A stretch of DNA of 64,000 bases from contig CAKSSN010000002.1 in NCBI GenBank assembly GCA_934489015.1, positions 138,935 to 202,934 of the forward strand, given 5' to 3'. The stretch comes from an uncultured Clostridia bacterium. GTDB lineage: Bacteria; Bacillota; Clostridia; UBA1381. Below the pieces are notes generated by a model. That model did not search any database, was not told the DNA's origin, and was given only the letters and a program-made list of their open reading frames with translations. Below, one piece after another: positions 1 through 9,060 of the stretch (positions within the stretch are counted from its first letter, which is position 1; each line of letters starts with the position of its first letter). A program made the translations under genes and the position numbers.

Positions 1-2132
1 ACGCTGTTTATTTCAGCCTTTATTTCGTTTATTTTTTCAATGCTCTTTCTTATCTTGCCTTCAAGCGCACCTCTTTCGCTTTTAAGCCTTTTTATTTCGG
101 CCGCTCTTGACAAAAATCCTCCTGTGCGGCTGCTGCTTCCGCCCGACATTGAGCCGCCGGCGTTTAGCACGTCGCCGTCAAGCGTTACAACTCTGAACCT
201 GTAGGAAAACCGTCTGCTCATTGCAATACCGCTGTCGATATTATCCACAACAACAACTCTTCCGAGCAAGCTTTTCATTATCCCGTCATATTTTTTATTG
301 TATGAAATAAGGCTGCTTGCAATGCCGAGAAATCCGTTTTGTGCGCTTATTTCTTTTATATTGTCAAGCTCTCTTCCCTTAACCGACGAAATCGGCAGAA
401 AGGTTGCGCGTCCCGAATTTGTGCGGCGCAGAAAAGCGATTGCCGCCTTAGCGTCCTCTTCTGTTTCAACAACAATATTTTGACTTGCGCCGCCGAGAGC
501 GGTTTCTATAGCAACGGCAAATTTTTCGTCCGTGTCTATAAGTCCTGCAACAGTTCCGTAAAGCGACAGCTTTTTCGTTTCCTCCGAACGCATTATAACC
601 TTAACGCTTTTTGAATATCCGTCATAATCGTTTTCCATATCCTCCAAGATGTGAAGCTTAGACGATTTTGAGCGGTATTCAATCTGATCCGAGTTATTTT
701 CATCGTTCAGCTTCATAAGCTGCTCATTTTTTTCTCTGAGCGATATATTTTGCTTTTCTATAAGGTCGGTCAGCTTTCTGTGTTTCTCTTCCGTTTCTGC
801 CTTTTTGCTTTCAAGCTCCTTTTGCTCCGAAAGCCTGTTTTCAAGGTCTGCCTTGCTGCTTTTTATTTCCTCGTCAAGCGCATTTCTTCTTGAAAGATAG
901 TTTTCTCTCAAAGCTTCAATACCGCTTATTTTTGCCTTTTCCGAAGATATTTTGCTTAAAATATCCGTCACGCTTGCTTTATGCGCTGCAATTTTTTTCT
1001 CTGTTTCGGATATTCCCTCCGAAATTTCGCTTTCTCTCTTCTGATTTTCCGAAAGCTCCTGCGCCGCCTCCGAAAGCTCACCTTTTTTTGCCTCGCCAAC
1101 GGAAAACAGCTCGTCCGCCTCGCCCGTTTTCTCTTCAAGCCGCCTTTCGAGCTGACGGGCTTCATTTTCAAGGCGCTCAATCATGGCGCTGTTGTTTTTG
1201 GCAGTGTTTTCGGCAAGTGAAATTTCATTTTTACACTCCATTATCCTTGACTTGTTTTCAACAAGCTGCCTGTTTTTCTCCGCCTGCTTTTCGTCAAGCG
1301 CATTGCTTTCCTCATACATTGCGGAAATTTTTTTTTCCGTTTCGCTCTCCCTGCTTCTTATATCCTCGATTTCGCTGTTTACAAGCTCCGCTTTTTCGTT
1401 TACCTCTGCGGTGCTGACCTCATTTTTTTTCAGAGAAAGCATTGATATGTTTATATCAAGCGTTTTAAATTCATCATATATTGTAAGATATTTTCTCGCC
1501 TTTTCCGACTGGTGCTTAAGCGGTCCTATCTGACCCTCAAGCTCGGCGGCAATATCGCCTATTCTGACAAGATTATCATCAACCTGAGAAAGCTTTCTTT
1601 CCGCTTCCTCTTTTTTATATTTATATTTAGAAATGCCTGCCGCTTCTTCAAAAATATTTCTTCTGTCCTCTGCCTTTGATGATAAAATCTGCGCCACATT
1701 TCCCTGACCTATAATCGAATATCCGTCACGTCCGAGTCCTGTATCCATAAAAAGCTCATGAATATCCTTAAGACGACAGTTTGAACGGTTAATCTGATAT
1801 GCCGTTTCACCTGAACGGAAAACGCGCCGCGTTACAATAACCTCGTCAAAATCAAGGTTAAAAACTCTGTCGCTGTTGTCAAGAACAAGACTTACCTCCG
1901 CATAATTTAAAGGTTTTCTCTTTTCCGTTCCTGCAAATATAACGTCCTGCATATTTGCGCCGCGCAGAGATTTTGCGCTCATCTCGCCCATAACCCAGCG
2001 GATAGCGTCCGATATATTGCTTTTTCCGCTGCCGTTAGGACCGACAACGGACGTAACTCCGCTGCCGAAATCAAGCACTGTTTTATCCGCAAACGATTTG
2101 AAGCCCTGAAGCTCAAGTCTTTTTAAAAACAA
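1..2132 (-). CDS. smc: Chromosome partition protein SMC, N-terminal ~710 codons; the 3' end runs off the left window edge
   Basis: Absent from the ORF track because there is no in-window stop. Minus-strand translation from TTG 2132..2130 reads MFLKRLELQGFKSFADKTVLDFGSGVTSVVGPNGSGKSNISDAIRWVMGE (Walker A). It continues through a long coiled coil into a hinge-like part (GRATFLPISSVKGR). GAGGTGA lies 7-8 nt upstream. rnc-smc is a classic neighbourhood. Confidence 0.9.
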   Translation of the reverse strand, partial: MFLKRLELQGFKSFADKTVLDFGSGVTSVVGPNGSGKSNISDAIRWVMGEMSAKSLRGANMQDVIFAGTEKRKPLNYAEVSLVLDNSDRVFNLDFDEVIVTRRVFRSGETAYQINRSNCRLKDIHELFMDTGLGRDGYSIIGQGNVAQILSSKAEDRRNIFEEAAGISKYKYKKEEAERKLSQVDDNLVRIGDIAAELEGQIGPLKHQSEKARKYLTIYDEFKTLDINISMLSLKKNEVSTAEVNEKAELVNSEIEDIRSRESETEKKISAMYEESNALDEKQAEKNRQLVENKSRIMECKNEISLAENTAKNNSAMIERLENEARQLERRLEEKTGEADELFSVGEAKKGELSEAAQELSENQKRESEISEGISETEKKIAAHKASVTDILSKISSEKAKISGIEALRENYLSRRNALDEEIKSSKADLENRLSEQKELESKKAETEEKHRKLTDLIEKQNISLREKNEQLMKLNDENNSDQIEYRSKSSKLHILEDMENDYDGYSKSVKVIMRSEETKKLSLYGTVAGLIDTDEKFAVAIETALGGASQNIVVETEEDAKAAIAFLRRTNSGRATFLPISSVKGRELDNIKEISAQNGFLGIASSLISYNKKYDGIMKSLLGRVVVVDNIDSGIAMSRRFSYRFRVVTLDGDVLNAGGSMSGGSSSRTGGFLSRAAEIKRLKSERGALEGKIRKSIEKINEIKAEINS

Positions 2133-2134
2133 AT

Positions 2135-3142
2135 TTATTTCACCTCAATAATTTTTAATTCACCGACCGGTATTTCCGCATTCGCCTTAACCGAAAGCGT
2201 TATGTTATATTTATCCGAAAAATACCCGACATTTCTTTTCTTATGACCTATTACCTTTGAAAGCTCGCTTTGTGCGCAGATGACCGAAACGGCTCTGTTT
2301 TTAAAGCCCGATATAAGCCTGTCGAGCTTAAGCTTATATATCTCGCTTTCGGCAAGCTCGCCTATAGCCGCATGAAACGGTCCCGCGACAACCGACGCTC
2401 CGGGTGATATTTCCTCCGTTGTCTGAAGCCCCATACGAATTACCGTTATTCCCTTTTCATCAAAAAGCATTTTAAGCCGCGCCAAAAGGCTGACCGTTTC
2501 GTCAAGCGTAAAGGGTATGTATTCTCCGCTCTCAAGCATATCCGAAAGAGCAGTGTCCTTAATTACCAAAGTCGGATATATCCTCACAAAGTCCGGCTTC
2601 ATTTCGGAAAGCTTTTCGGCGGTGTTGTATGAAATTTCGGGAGTATCTCCGGGAAGTCCCGTCATCATCTGAAGTCCGAGCGAAAAGCCGTATTCCTTTA
2701 TAAGCCTTGCAGACTCCCAAACGCACTCGCTGCTGTGCCCCCTTGCACTCTTTCTTAAAACCTCGTCATTCATCGACTGAACGCCAAGCTCAATCGTTGT
2801 AACTCCGAAGCGCTTTAAATTGCTTAAAATTTCATCATTTATATAGTCGGGTCTTGTTGAAAGCCGTATTCCGTCAACCAAACCTCTTTTTATATAGCTG
2901 TCGGCAAGCGACAAAAGCTCGTTTTGCTTTTCAATAGGTATTCCCGTAAAGCTTCCTCCGAAAAAAGCTATTTCAACAAAGCCGTCCGGCTTTACTTCAG
3001 ACAAATATTCATCTATTATCCTTTTCGCTTCCTCCGCACCTACAGGCTTTGCTCTTCCCGTTATGCGCTTTTGATTGCAGAAAACGCAGTCATGCGGACA
3101 GCCGCTATGCGGAACAAATACCGGTATATTGTAATGCTTCAT
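2135..3142 (-). CDS. Radical SAM protein, Elp3-like small family, function unknown
   Basis: N-terminal CxxxCxxC motif (SGCPHDCVFCNQ). ATGA overlap with the rnc stop. Its stop lies 2 nt before the smc start. Confidence 0.75.
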   Translation of the reverse strand: MKHYNIPVFVPHSGCPHDCVFCNQKRITGRAKPVGAEEAKRIIDEYLSEVKPDGFVEIAFFGGSFTGIPIEKQNELLSLADSYIKRGLVDGIRLSTRPDYINDEILSNLKRFGVTTIELGVQSMNDEVLRKSARGHSSECVWESARLIKEYGFSLGLQMMTGLPGDTPEISYNTAEKLSEMKPDFVRIYPTLVIKDTALSDMLESGEYIPFTLDETVSLLARLKMLFDEKGITVIRMGLQTTEEISPGASVVAGPFHAAIGELAESEIYKLKLDRLISGFKNRAVSVICAQSELSKVIGHKKRNVGYFSDKYNITLSVKANAEIPVGELKIIEVK

Positions 3143-3819
3143 TTTGTCAGATTATCAACCGCCATTTTTGCCGCGTGCTGCTCTGCTTCCTTTTTGCTGA
3201 AGCCTTCGCCTATTCCCATTTCCTTGCCGTTTATGTCAGCTGCCATAACGAACACCTTTACATGCTCCTCGCCCTTTTCCTCAACAAGTCTGTACTGCAC
3301 CTTGCCGTGATTTCTCTTTTGAACCATTTCCTGAAGCTGAGTTTTGAAATCGCCGAAAACTCTCTTCTGCTCCGCTTCGGCAATCTCTGTTTTCATAAGT
3401 TTCAAAATCCATTTTGTAACATTTCTTATACCGCTGTCAAGATAAATTGCCGCAATAAGAGCTTCAAACGCATCAGAAACGATTGACGCTCTTTCTCTGC
3501 CGCCTGTTTTTTCCTCGCCCTTGCCAAGACGGATTATATTGCCCAAATCTATTTTCTTTGCAATCTGAGCAAGCGACTGCTCACATACAAGGCTTGCTCT
3601 TATTTTTGAAAGTCTGCCCTCGTTCACATGACCGTATTTTTTAAAAAGACAGTCGCTGACAACAAGGCTCAAAATAGAGTCGCCCAAAAATTCAAGGCGC
3701 TCGTTGTTGTCGCATTGATTTTCATTTGCGTATGAGCTGTGAGTTATTGCACTTTCGAGCAATGACGGATTTTTAAATGTATATCCTATTTTTTCCTGTA
3801 TAAGTTCTGTATTTTCCAT
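3139..3819 (-). CDS. rnc: Ribonuclease III
   Basis: RNase III signature ERLEFLGDS and a C-terminal dsRNA-binding domain. Start moved to ATG 3819 (MENTELIQEKIGYTF), which has GGAG about 10 nt upstream. The track start at 3900 has no SD. Confidence 0.9.
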   Translation of the reverse strand: MENTELIQEKIGYTFKNPSLLESAITHSSYANENQCDNNERLEFLGDSILSLVVSDCLFKKYGHVNEGRLSKIRASLVCEQSLAQIAKKIDLGNIIRLGKGEEKTGGRERASIVSDAFEALIAAIYLDSGIRNVTKWILKLMKTEIAEAEQKRVFGDFKTQLQEMVQKRNHGKVQYRLVEEKGEEHVKVFVMAADINGKEMGIGEGFSKKEAEQHAAKMAVDNLTK

Positions 3820-3956
3820 TGTTAAACACTCCATTAATTTAATTTTTATGTGCTCGTTTTTTGAATTTGTTTTCTTAGAATTCTGACAAAGCAAATTCAA
3901 AATATGAGCTAAATTATTTCACCGGCAGACAAAATAGCTTCGCCTGCCGATACAAA

Positions 3957-4187
3957 TCAAACAGTTTCCTTTATAAAATCAACCGCATCTGCGACCGTAA
4001 CAAAATTTTCTGCCGCCTCGTCCGGTATTTCAATATCAAACTCGGCTTCAATTCCCATAATAAGCTCAACGATGTCAAGCGAATCCGCTCCGAGATCATC
4101 TATAAAAGATGTTGTCTGACAGACTGCGTTTTTATCAATCCCCAGCTGCTCGGCTATAACCTTTTTAACTCTCTCAAGCTCATCCAA
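3957..4187 (-). CDS. acpP: Acyl carrier protein
   Basis: 76 aa with the [11 protein letters not shown] phosphopantetheine-attachment motif. Lies between plsX and rnc. Confidence 0.95.
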   Translation of the reverse strand: MDELERVKKVIAEQLGIDKNAVCQTTSFIDDLGADSLDIVELIMGIEAEFDIEIPDEAAENFVTVADAVDFIKETV

Positions 4188-4229
4188 TGCTAATTCCTCC
4201 CCAAACGATGTTTATCCCAAATGTATTAA

Positions 4230-5222
4230 TCAAGCCTTTTCCGACGCCGCTTCTTCAATTTCGGCGTTTACATTCCTTTCAACCCATTTTTCCGCCTGCT
4301 TTATGCAAAGCGCAAAGCTGTCGGCATCTGACGAGCCGTGTGCCTTTATAACGGGCTTTTTTATCCCCAAAAGCGGTGCACCGCCGTATTCTTTGTAATT
4401 AAATTTTTTCTTAAAGCTGTCAAGGCTGCCCTTTACCATAAGCGCCGCCAAAAGAGAAAATATGTTTTTCTTGAATATTCCCTTTATCTCGCGCGCAATC
4501 ATTGACGCCGTACCCTCGATTGATTTAAGTGCAATATTTCCGCCGAAGCCGTCGCATACGACAACATCGGCATCTCCCGACATAATATCTCTGCCCTCGA
4601 TATTGCCGATAAAATTAATATCTGCATTTTTCAAAAGCTCATGTGATGCTCTGACGGTTTCATCGCCCTTTTCCTCCTCCTGACCGTTTGACAGGAGAGC
4701 TACGGCAGGGCTGTCTATATCCATAAGCTTTTTCATATATATGCTTCCCATAACCGCAAAGCTTTTTAAATCCTCAGGTCTGCACCCAACATTTGCGCCG
4801 CAGTCAAGCAGAAGCACTCCGCCGCGCTCGCTCGGAAGTACAGCGGCAAGAGCCGGCCTTCTTATTCCCTTTATTCTTCCCACGCCCGTCAGCGCCGCCG
4901 CAAGAAGCGCGCCCGTGTTTCCCGCCGAAACAAAAGCGTCGCCTGCACCCTCACGGAGAAGACTTGCCCCAACAACAATTGACGAGTTTCTCTTTTCTCT
5001 AACCGCAATTGCCGGGCGCTCGTTATTTGTTATAACCTCCGGCGCGTTATGTACCGATATTTTGCCGCTTCTTTTCGGATATTTCAAAAGGAGCTCATTT
5101 ATTTTATCCTCTTTGCCGACAAGTATTATTTCGACATCGGAGTTTTCCGCCACCGCTACCGCAGCAGCAACCGGCACCTGTGGCGCATTATCTCCGCCGA
5201 ATGCGTCAACTATTATTTTCAA
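4230..5222 (-). CDS. plsX: Phosphate acyltransferase PlsX
   Basis: MKIIVDAFGGDNAP N-terminus and full-length PlsX-like sequence, located upstream of acpP. Confidence 0.9.
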   Translation of the reverse strand: MKIIVDAFGGDNAPQVPVAAAVAVAENSDVEIILVGKEDKINELLLKYPKRSGKISVHNAPEVITNNERPAIAVREKRNSSIVVGASLLREGAGDAFVSAGNTGALLAAALTGVGRIKGIRRPALAAVLPSERGGVLLLDCGANVGCRPEDLKSFAVMGSIYMKKLMDIDSPAVALLSNGQEEEKGDETVRASHELLKNADINFIGNIEGRDIMSGDADVVVCDGFGGNIALKSIEGTASMIAREIKGIFKKNIFSLLAALMVKGSLDSFKKKFNYKEYGGAPLLGIKKPVIKAHGSSDADSFALCIKQAEKWVERNVNAEIEEAASEKA

Positions 5223-5306
5223 GTTAAATCCCTCACTTTGTCAAAGCGTTTTCGGCTGCCTTTACCGCCGCGCAAAATATACACGGCGGTAAAAACATAT
5301 AAAGGC

Positions 5307-5741
5307 TTACTGTTCGCTGTCGGCTTGTCTGCATTTTTTGCAGCAGAAATCGCAGCCCTTTTTCTCAACCTCAATGCCCTGACGCTTTTTGTAATCCTCA
5401 ATTGCACTTCTTATGGCTTCCTCAGCCAAAACAGAGCAGTGGATTTTCTCCGGCGGCAGACCGTCAAGAGCCTCCATAACGGCTTTATTTGTAAGCGCAA
5501 GCGCTTCATCAACCGTTTTGCCCTTAACCATTTCCGTTGCCATTGAGCTTGTTGCAATAGCCGCTCCGCAGCCGAATGTTTTGAATTTAACATCCTTAAT
5601 AATGTTATCCTCAATATCCATATAAATTTTCATTATATCGCCGCATTTCGGGTTACCAACCTGACCTACCGCATTTGCGTCCTCTATTTCTCCGACATTT
5701 CTCGGATTTGCAAAATGGTCCATTACCTTTTCACTATACAT
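5307..5741 (-). CDS. nifU: Fe-S cluster scaffold protein, NifU/IscU N-terminal type
   Basis: MYSEKVMDHFANPRNVG start. Conserved Cys contexts GNPKCGD, FGCGAAIA and IHCSVLA. Start set to ATG 5741 (AAGGA 9 nt upstream). Has an unusual Cys-rich tail, CDFCCKKC. Confidence 0.85.
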   Translation of the reverse strand: MYSEKVMDHFANPRNVGEIEDANAVGQVGNPKCGDIMKIYMDIEDNIIKDVKFKTFGCGAAIATSSMATEMVKGKTVDEALALTNKAVMEALDGLPPEKIHCSVLAEEAIRSAIEDYKKRQGIEVEKKGCDFCCKKCRQADSEQ

Positions 5742-5858
5742 AAAAATCATTCCTTTCGCTAAAACCGTTGACAGACAGTTGAATAATATTTATTCCCGTT
5801 TAATATAAACGTCTGAGGCGGCTGTCTGCATAAAGCCTCAGCAGCACAATATATGCGC

Positions 5859-7037
5859 TTACTTGTTTTTAACCTCTTCGTAAAGCGGCGACATATCGCG
5901 CAGTCTTTGTATAATCGGGGGAAGAACCTCAAGGAGATAATCTATATCCTCGTCGGTTGTTTCCGGTCCTACACTTAATCTGAGAGAGCCGTGAGCAATT
6001 TCATGCGGCAGTCCGATTGCAAGAAGAACATGAGAAGGATCAAGCGAGCCGGACGCGCACGCGCTTCCGCTCGATGCCGCAATGCCCTTCATGTCAAGAA
6101 GCATAAGTATCGATTCGCCCTCTATATACTTAAACGAGAAATTAACATTGCTGCACGCTCTTTCCTCTCTCGGTCCGTTAAGGCGGCAATACGGAATTTT
6201 GCTTTCAATTCCGTCAATTATGCGCTTTTGAAGTCGGCGGCAATGCTCCGTGTTCTTGTTCATATCGCGGACAGCAATTTCAAGCGCTGCGGCAAGTCCG
6301 ACAATTCCTGCAAGATTTTCCGTTGCGGCTCTTTTACCGCGCTCCTGACCTCCGCCGTGAATAAGGTTGTCAATCTTAACGCCGTTTCTTATATAAAGCG
6401 CACCGACGCCTTTCGGTCCGTTAAACTTATGAGCGGAGATTGAAAGCAGATCGACTCCCAAATCCTTAACATCTATGTTCATATGACCTGCTGCCTGAAC
6501 AGCGTCTGTATGGAACAGAATTTTATGAGATTTTGCAACCTCACTTATTTTTTTAATCGGCTCGATTGTTCCGATTTCGTTGTTTACCGTCATGATGCTT
6601 ATAAGTATTGTATTTTCCGTTATAGCGTTTTCAACGCTTTCGGGAGAAACAACGCCGTATTCATCAACCGGCAAATACGTCACCTCAAAGCCCTGCTTTT
6701 CAAGCCAGTGGCACGTATTAAGCACCGCATGATGCTCAATAGATGACGTTATAATATGATTTCCTTTTCCCCTGTTTGCAAATGCAATTCCTTTAAGCGC
6801 CCAGTTATCCGCTTCACAGCCTGAGCCCGTAAAATATATCTCCGCAGGCTTTGCGCCGAGCAAGCCTGCAACCTTTTCGCGAGCCTCGTATAAAGCCGTC
6901 TCTGCCTGTCTGCCGACCTCGTAAAACTTTGAAGACGCGTTTCCGTACACGTCTGTTAAATAAGGCGTCATTTTTTCAAAGACTTCCCTGCTAAGCTTGG
7001 TAGTTGCATTGTTATCAAGGTATACACTACGCTCCAT
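5859..7037 (-). CDS. nifS: Cysteine desulfurase (NifS/IscS, class V aminotransferase)
   Basis: PLP-lysine context SISAHKFNGPKGVG and active-site loop SSGSACASG. Start set to ATG 7037 (MERSVYLDNNATT) behind GGAAGGAAGG. The track start at 7115 is an upstream extension. Confidence 0.9.
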   Translation of the reverse strand: MERSVYLDNNATTKLSREVFEKMTPYLTDVYGNASSKFYEVGRQAETALYEAREKVAGLLGAKPAEIYFTGSGCEADNWALKGIAFANRGKGNHIITSSIEHHAVLNTCHWLEKQGFEVTYLPVDEYGVVSPESVENAITENTILISIMTVNNEIGTIEPIKKISEVAKSHKILFHTDAVQAAGHMNIDVKDLGVDLLSISAHKFNGPKGVGALYIRNGVKIDNLIHGGGQERGKRAATENLAGIVGLAAALEIAVRDMNKNTEHCRRLQKRIIDGIESKIPYCRLNGPREERACSNVNFSFKYIEGESILMLLDMKGIAASSGSACASGSLDPSHVLLAIGLPHEIAHGSLRLSVGPETTDEDIDYLLEVLPPIIQRLRDMSPLYEEVKNK

Positions 7038-7086
7038 TATGTTTCCTTCCTTCCGGTACCCATTTTTCTCCACGATACCATAATAT

Positions 7087-7115
7087 ATTATACTTTTTTT
7101 TTTGACAAATGTCAA
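7087..7115 (-). promoter_or_regulatory. Consensus sigma-A-type promoter for nifS-nifU
   Basis: Minus strand reads TTGACA-17 nt-TATAAT. The -35 is part of the palindrome TTGACAAATGTCAA (7102..7115). Confidence 0.6.
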
Positions 7116-7226
7116 TACTATTTTAAAAAGACAAAAATATTATTTCAATTTTAAAAAAAAGCTATACATTTACGACAATTTATTGTATAATATATATGTG
7201 ATAAATTTTAAATCGGAGATGAGAAT

Positions 7227-8390
7227 ATGTCTGTATGTGCAATAACAGCCGAATACAATCCGTTTCATTCGGGTCACAAATATCAGATAGACGAGGTTAA
7301 AAAAAGCTTTGATACGATTGTTATAATCATGAGCGGCTCATTTACCCAGCGCGGAGGAGCGGCGATATTAAACAAATGGGACAGAGCAAAATCCGCCGTT
7401 ATGTGCGGCGCGAGCCTTGTTCTTGAGCTGCCTGCCGTTTTTGCGGTCAATACTGCCGAAAGATTTGCCTATGGCGCAATTTCGATAATTAACGCGCTCG
7501 GCTGTGTTGACGCGGTTTCGTTCGGCTCGGAATGCGGCGATATTAAAGCGCTTACAAATTCCGCAAAGCAGCTTGCTTATGAAGAAAAAAGCGTGTCGGA
7601 CAAACTCGGAAAATATTTAAAGGAGGGTATGTCGTATGCCGCCGCGCGGACAAAGGCGTTTGACGGAATAATCGGCAGCGAGCTGCTTTCAAATCCGAAC
7701 AATATTTTAGCCCTTGAATATATAAGGCACCTTATTCTCTCCGAAAGCAAAACAGAGCCGATAACACTGAAAAGACAGGGCGGCGGCTATCACAGCGAAA
7801 GCCTTTCGCACTCTCTTGCAAGCGCAAGTGCAATAAGAGCGGCGCTCTCCGAGCCGGAGAAAATAAAGCCGCATATGCCGCCTGACGCATTTGACATACT
7901 TCAAAGCGCGGATAAATATTATCTTTCAAACCTCGATAATGCCGCGCTGTTTCATATAAGAAGCGGAAAAGCGGAAAATTTAAAAAGCGCCTTAGAATGC
8001 ACTGAGGGAATTGAAAACAGAATTTACCGCGCCGCTGCGGAAAACTCATCTATTGAAGCTGTAGCACAGGCATCCTCCTCAAAGCGCACACCCGTTTCAA
8101 AAATAAGAAGAATTATTCTCTCCTCAATGCTCGGAATTGACGCTCCCCTTTCGTACCATGCGCCGCAGTACGCACGCGTTCTCGCGTTTGACAAAAAGGG
8201 ACAATCTCTTTTATCCGATATAAAGAAAACTTCTTCACTTACGCTTGTTACAAAGCCGTCGCGCTTTGAGGACGAAATACTAAAAAAGGATATTTTAGCT
8301 GCCGATATTCATGCGCTTTGCTGCGAAAACCCAAAAGGCAGAGCTGCCGGGAGCGACTTTTTACGCTCGCCATTTGTTTATGAAATTTAG
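7227..8390 (+). CDS. tmcAL: tRNA(Met) cytidine acetate ligase (YlbM/TmcAL family nucleotidyltransferase)
   Basis: ITAEYNPFHSGHKYQI (HxGH-type motif), IMSGSFTQRGG and NPNNILALEYIRH match the B. subtilis YlbM pattern. GGAG lies upstream. Confidence 0.8.
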   Translation: MSVCAITAEYNPFHSGHKYQIDEVKKSFDTIVIIMSGSFTQRGGAAILNKWDRAKSAVMCGASLVLELPAVFAVNTAERFAYGAISIINALGCVDAVSFGSECGDIKALTNSAKQLAYEEKSVSDKLGKYLKEGMSYAAARTKAFDGIIGSELLSNPNNILALEYIRHLILSESKTEPITLKRQGGGYHSESLSHSLASASAIRAALSEPEKIKPHMPPDAFDILQSADKYYLSNLDNAALFHIRSGKAENLKSALECTEGIENRIYRAAAENSSIEAVAQASSSKRTPVSKIRRIILSSMLGIDAPLSYHAPQYARVLAFDKKGQSLLSDIKKTSSLTLVTKPSRFEDEILKKDILAADIHALCCENPKGRAAGSDFLRSPFVYEI

Positions 8391-8588
8391 CATTGCGGCA
8401 ACGCACGCCGCAGCCATCTCGCCTGCCGGATACGACAGCCACAGACCGACAGTTCCGAAATAATGCGAAAATAAAAACGCCAATGCAGCCGTTAAAACAA
8501 ATCCGAGCGCAAAAATTTTGCCGCCTTACTTCATTATTTTTTACCGCTGCTTTCCGTGCCGCAAAGCACAACTCTTAAGTCTGATACC

Positions 8589-8632
8589 GCCCTTAAAAGT
8601 CATGCTATGGACTTTTTAAGGGCTTTCTCTCC
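8589..8632 (+). terminator. Hairpin plus T-rich tail, probable terminator about 200 nt after tmcAL
   Basis: GCCCTTAAAAGTC / GACTTTTTAAGGGC stem (13 bp, 1 bulge) followed by TTTCTCTCC. Confidence 0.5.
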
Positions 8633-8749
8633 TATAAATTTAAAAAGCACCGAAATTCATATCTTCCAAGAACTAACGATACAAATTCCGGTGCAGAAGC
8701 ACCAATTACCCGGTGGCAATTTTAAAATATTAAATTTTTTATCCGCGCT

Positions 8750-8779
8750 TTAGGAATGAGAGGGTTGAACTCATGTCTA
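8750..8779. repeat. Palindromic motif, copy A (TTAGGAATGAG-N9-CTCATGTCTAG)
   Basis: 11-bp imperfect inverted repeat with a 9-nt spacer. About 85 percent identical to each arm of the 13857..13905 hairpin. Confidence 0.6.
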
Positions 8780-8874
8780 GCCGAAAGAAAGTAATTCGAA
8801 CCCGTCTGAAAAGGCATAATTTCGGCATATTTCAGTTTGTCATCTTTGAAAGGCGCGAGCCTTCCGGCATCCTC

Positions 8875-9024
8875 CACACTAAAATCTACTCAAAATTCTG
8901 TCCTTTTCAGATCGTAGAATTTTGAAAGTGTGAATTTTTGGTTTTGTAAGGCAAAAACGGAGATAATCCTGGCGGATTATCGAGTATTTTAACACAGCAA
9001 AAGCGGAAATTCACCTTTCAAAAT
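8875..9024. other. Highly structured non-coding segment with alternative pairings; strand of expression unknown
   Basis: 8919..8938 can pair with 8875..8899 (6+10 bp) or with 9005..9024 (about 18 bp). An inner 8-bp hairpin GATAATCC-TGGC-GGATTATC sits at 8962..8981. Confidence 0.45.
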
Positions 9025-9060
9025 CGGAGTTCGGATTGCTTTTTTTCGGCAATCGTCTTT

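Noticed and set aside
241-249. Perfect DnaA-box consensus TTATCCACA.
   Set aside because: It is a single copy inside the smc coding sequence, with no cluster, no AT-rich unwinding element and no dnaA/dnaN context. It is not an origin.
298-1533. Several plus-strand track ORFs (61-175 aa) in the first 1.5 kb.
   Set aside because: They lie antisense to a continuous, clearly SMC-like minus-strand frame. Their products are low-complexity (Phe/Ser/Leu/Arg-rich) with no SD, so they are artefacts of the coiled-coil coding repeat.
5219-5407. 62-aa minus-strand ORF between plsX and nifU, where a small ribosomal protein such as L32 might be expected.
   Set aside because: The sequence MQLRITKSVRALRLRK... 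does not resemble L32, and most of the ORF overlaps the 3' end of nifU in another frame.
8248-8753. Track ORFs 8248..8571 (minus), 8393..8578 (plus) and 8556..8753 (plus) in the long intergenic region.
   Set aside because: There are no SD sequences. The composition is Arg/Cys-rich or otherwise odd. One ORF overlaps the tmcAL end and another spans a terminator hairpin. I treat the region as non-coding.
8750-8779. The TTAG...N9...CTAG palindrome looks architecturally like CIRCE (TTAGCACTC-N9-GAGTGCTAA).
   Set aside because: The core sequence differs (GGAATGAG versus CACTC), and neither copy precedes a chaperone gene. It is not the HrcA operator.
8793-8803. GGGTTCGAATT on the minus strand resembles a tRNA T-loop; I also checked the CATGAG hairpin as a possible T-arm.
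   Set aside because: The flanks do not form a 5-bp T-stem, and no acceptor, D or anticodon arms can be drawn. The CATGAG stem has a 9-nt loop, not 7. It is not a tRNA or tmRNA.
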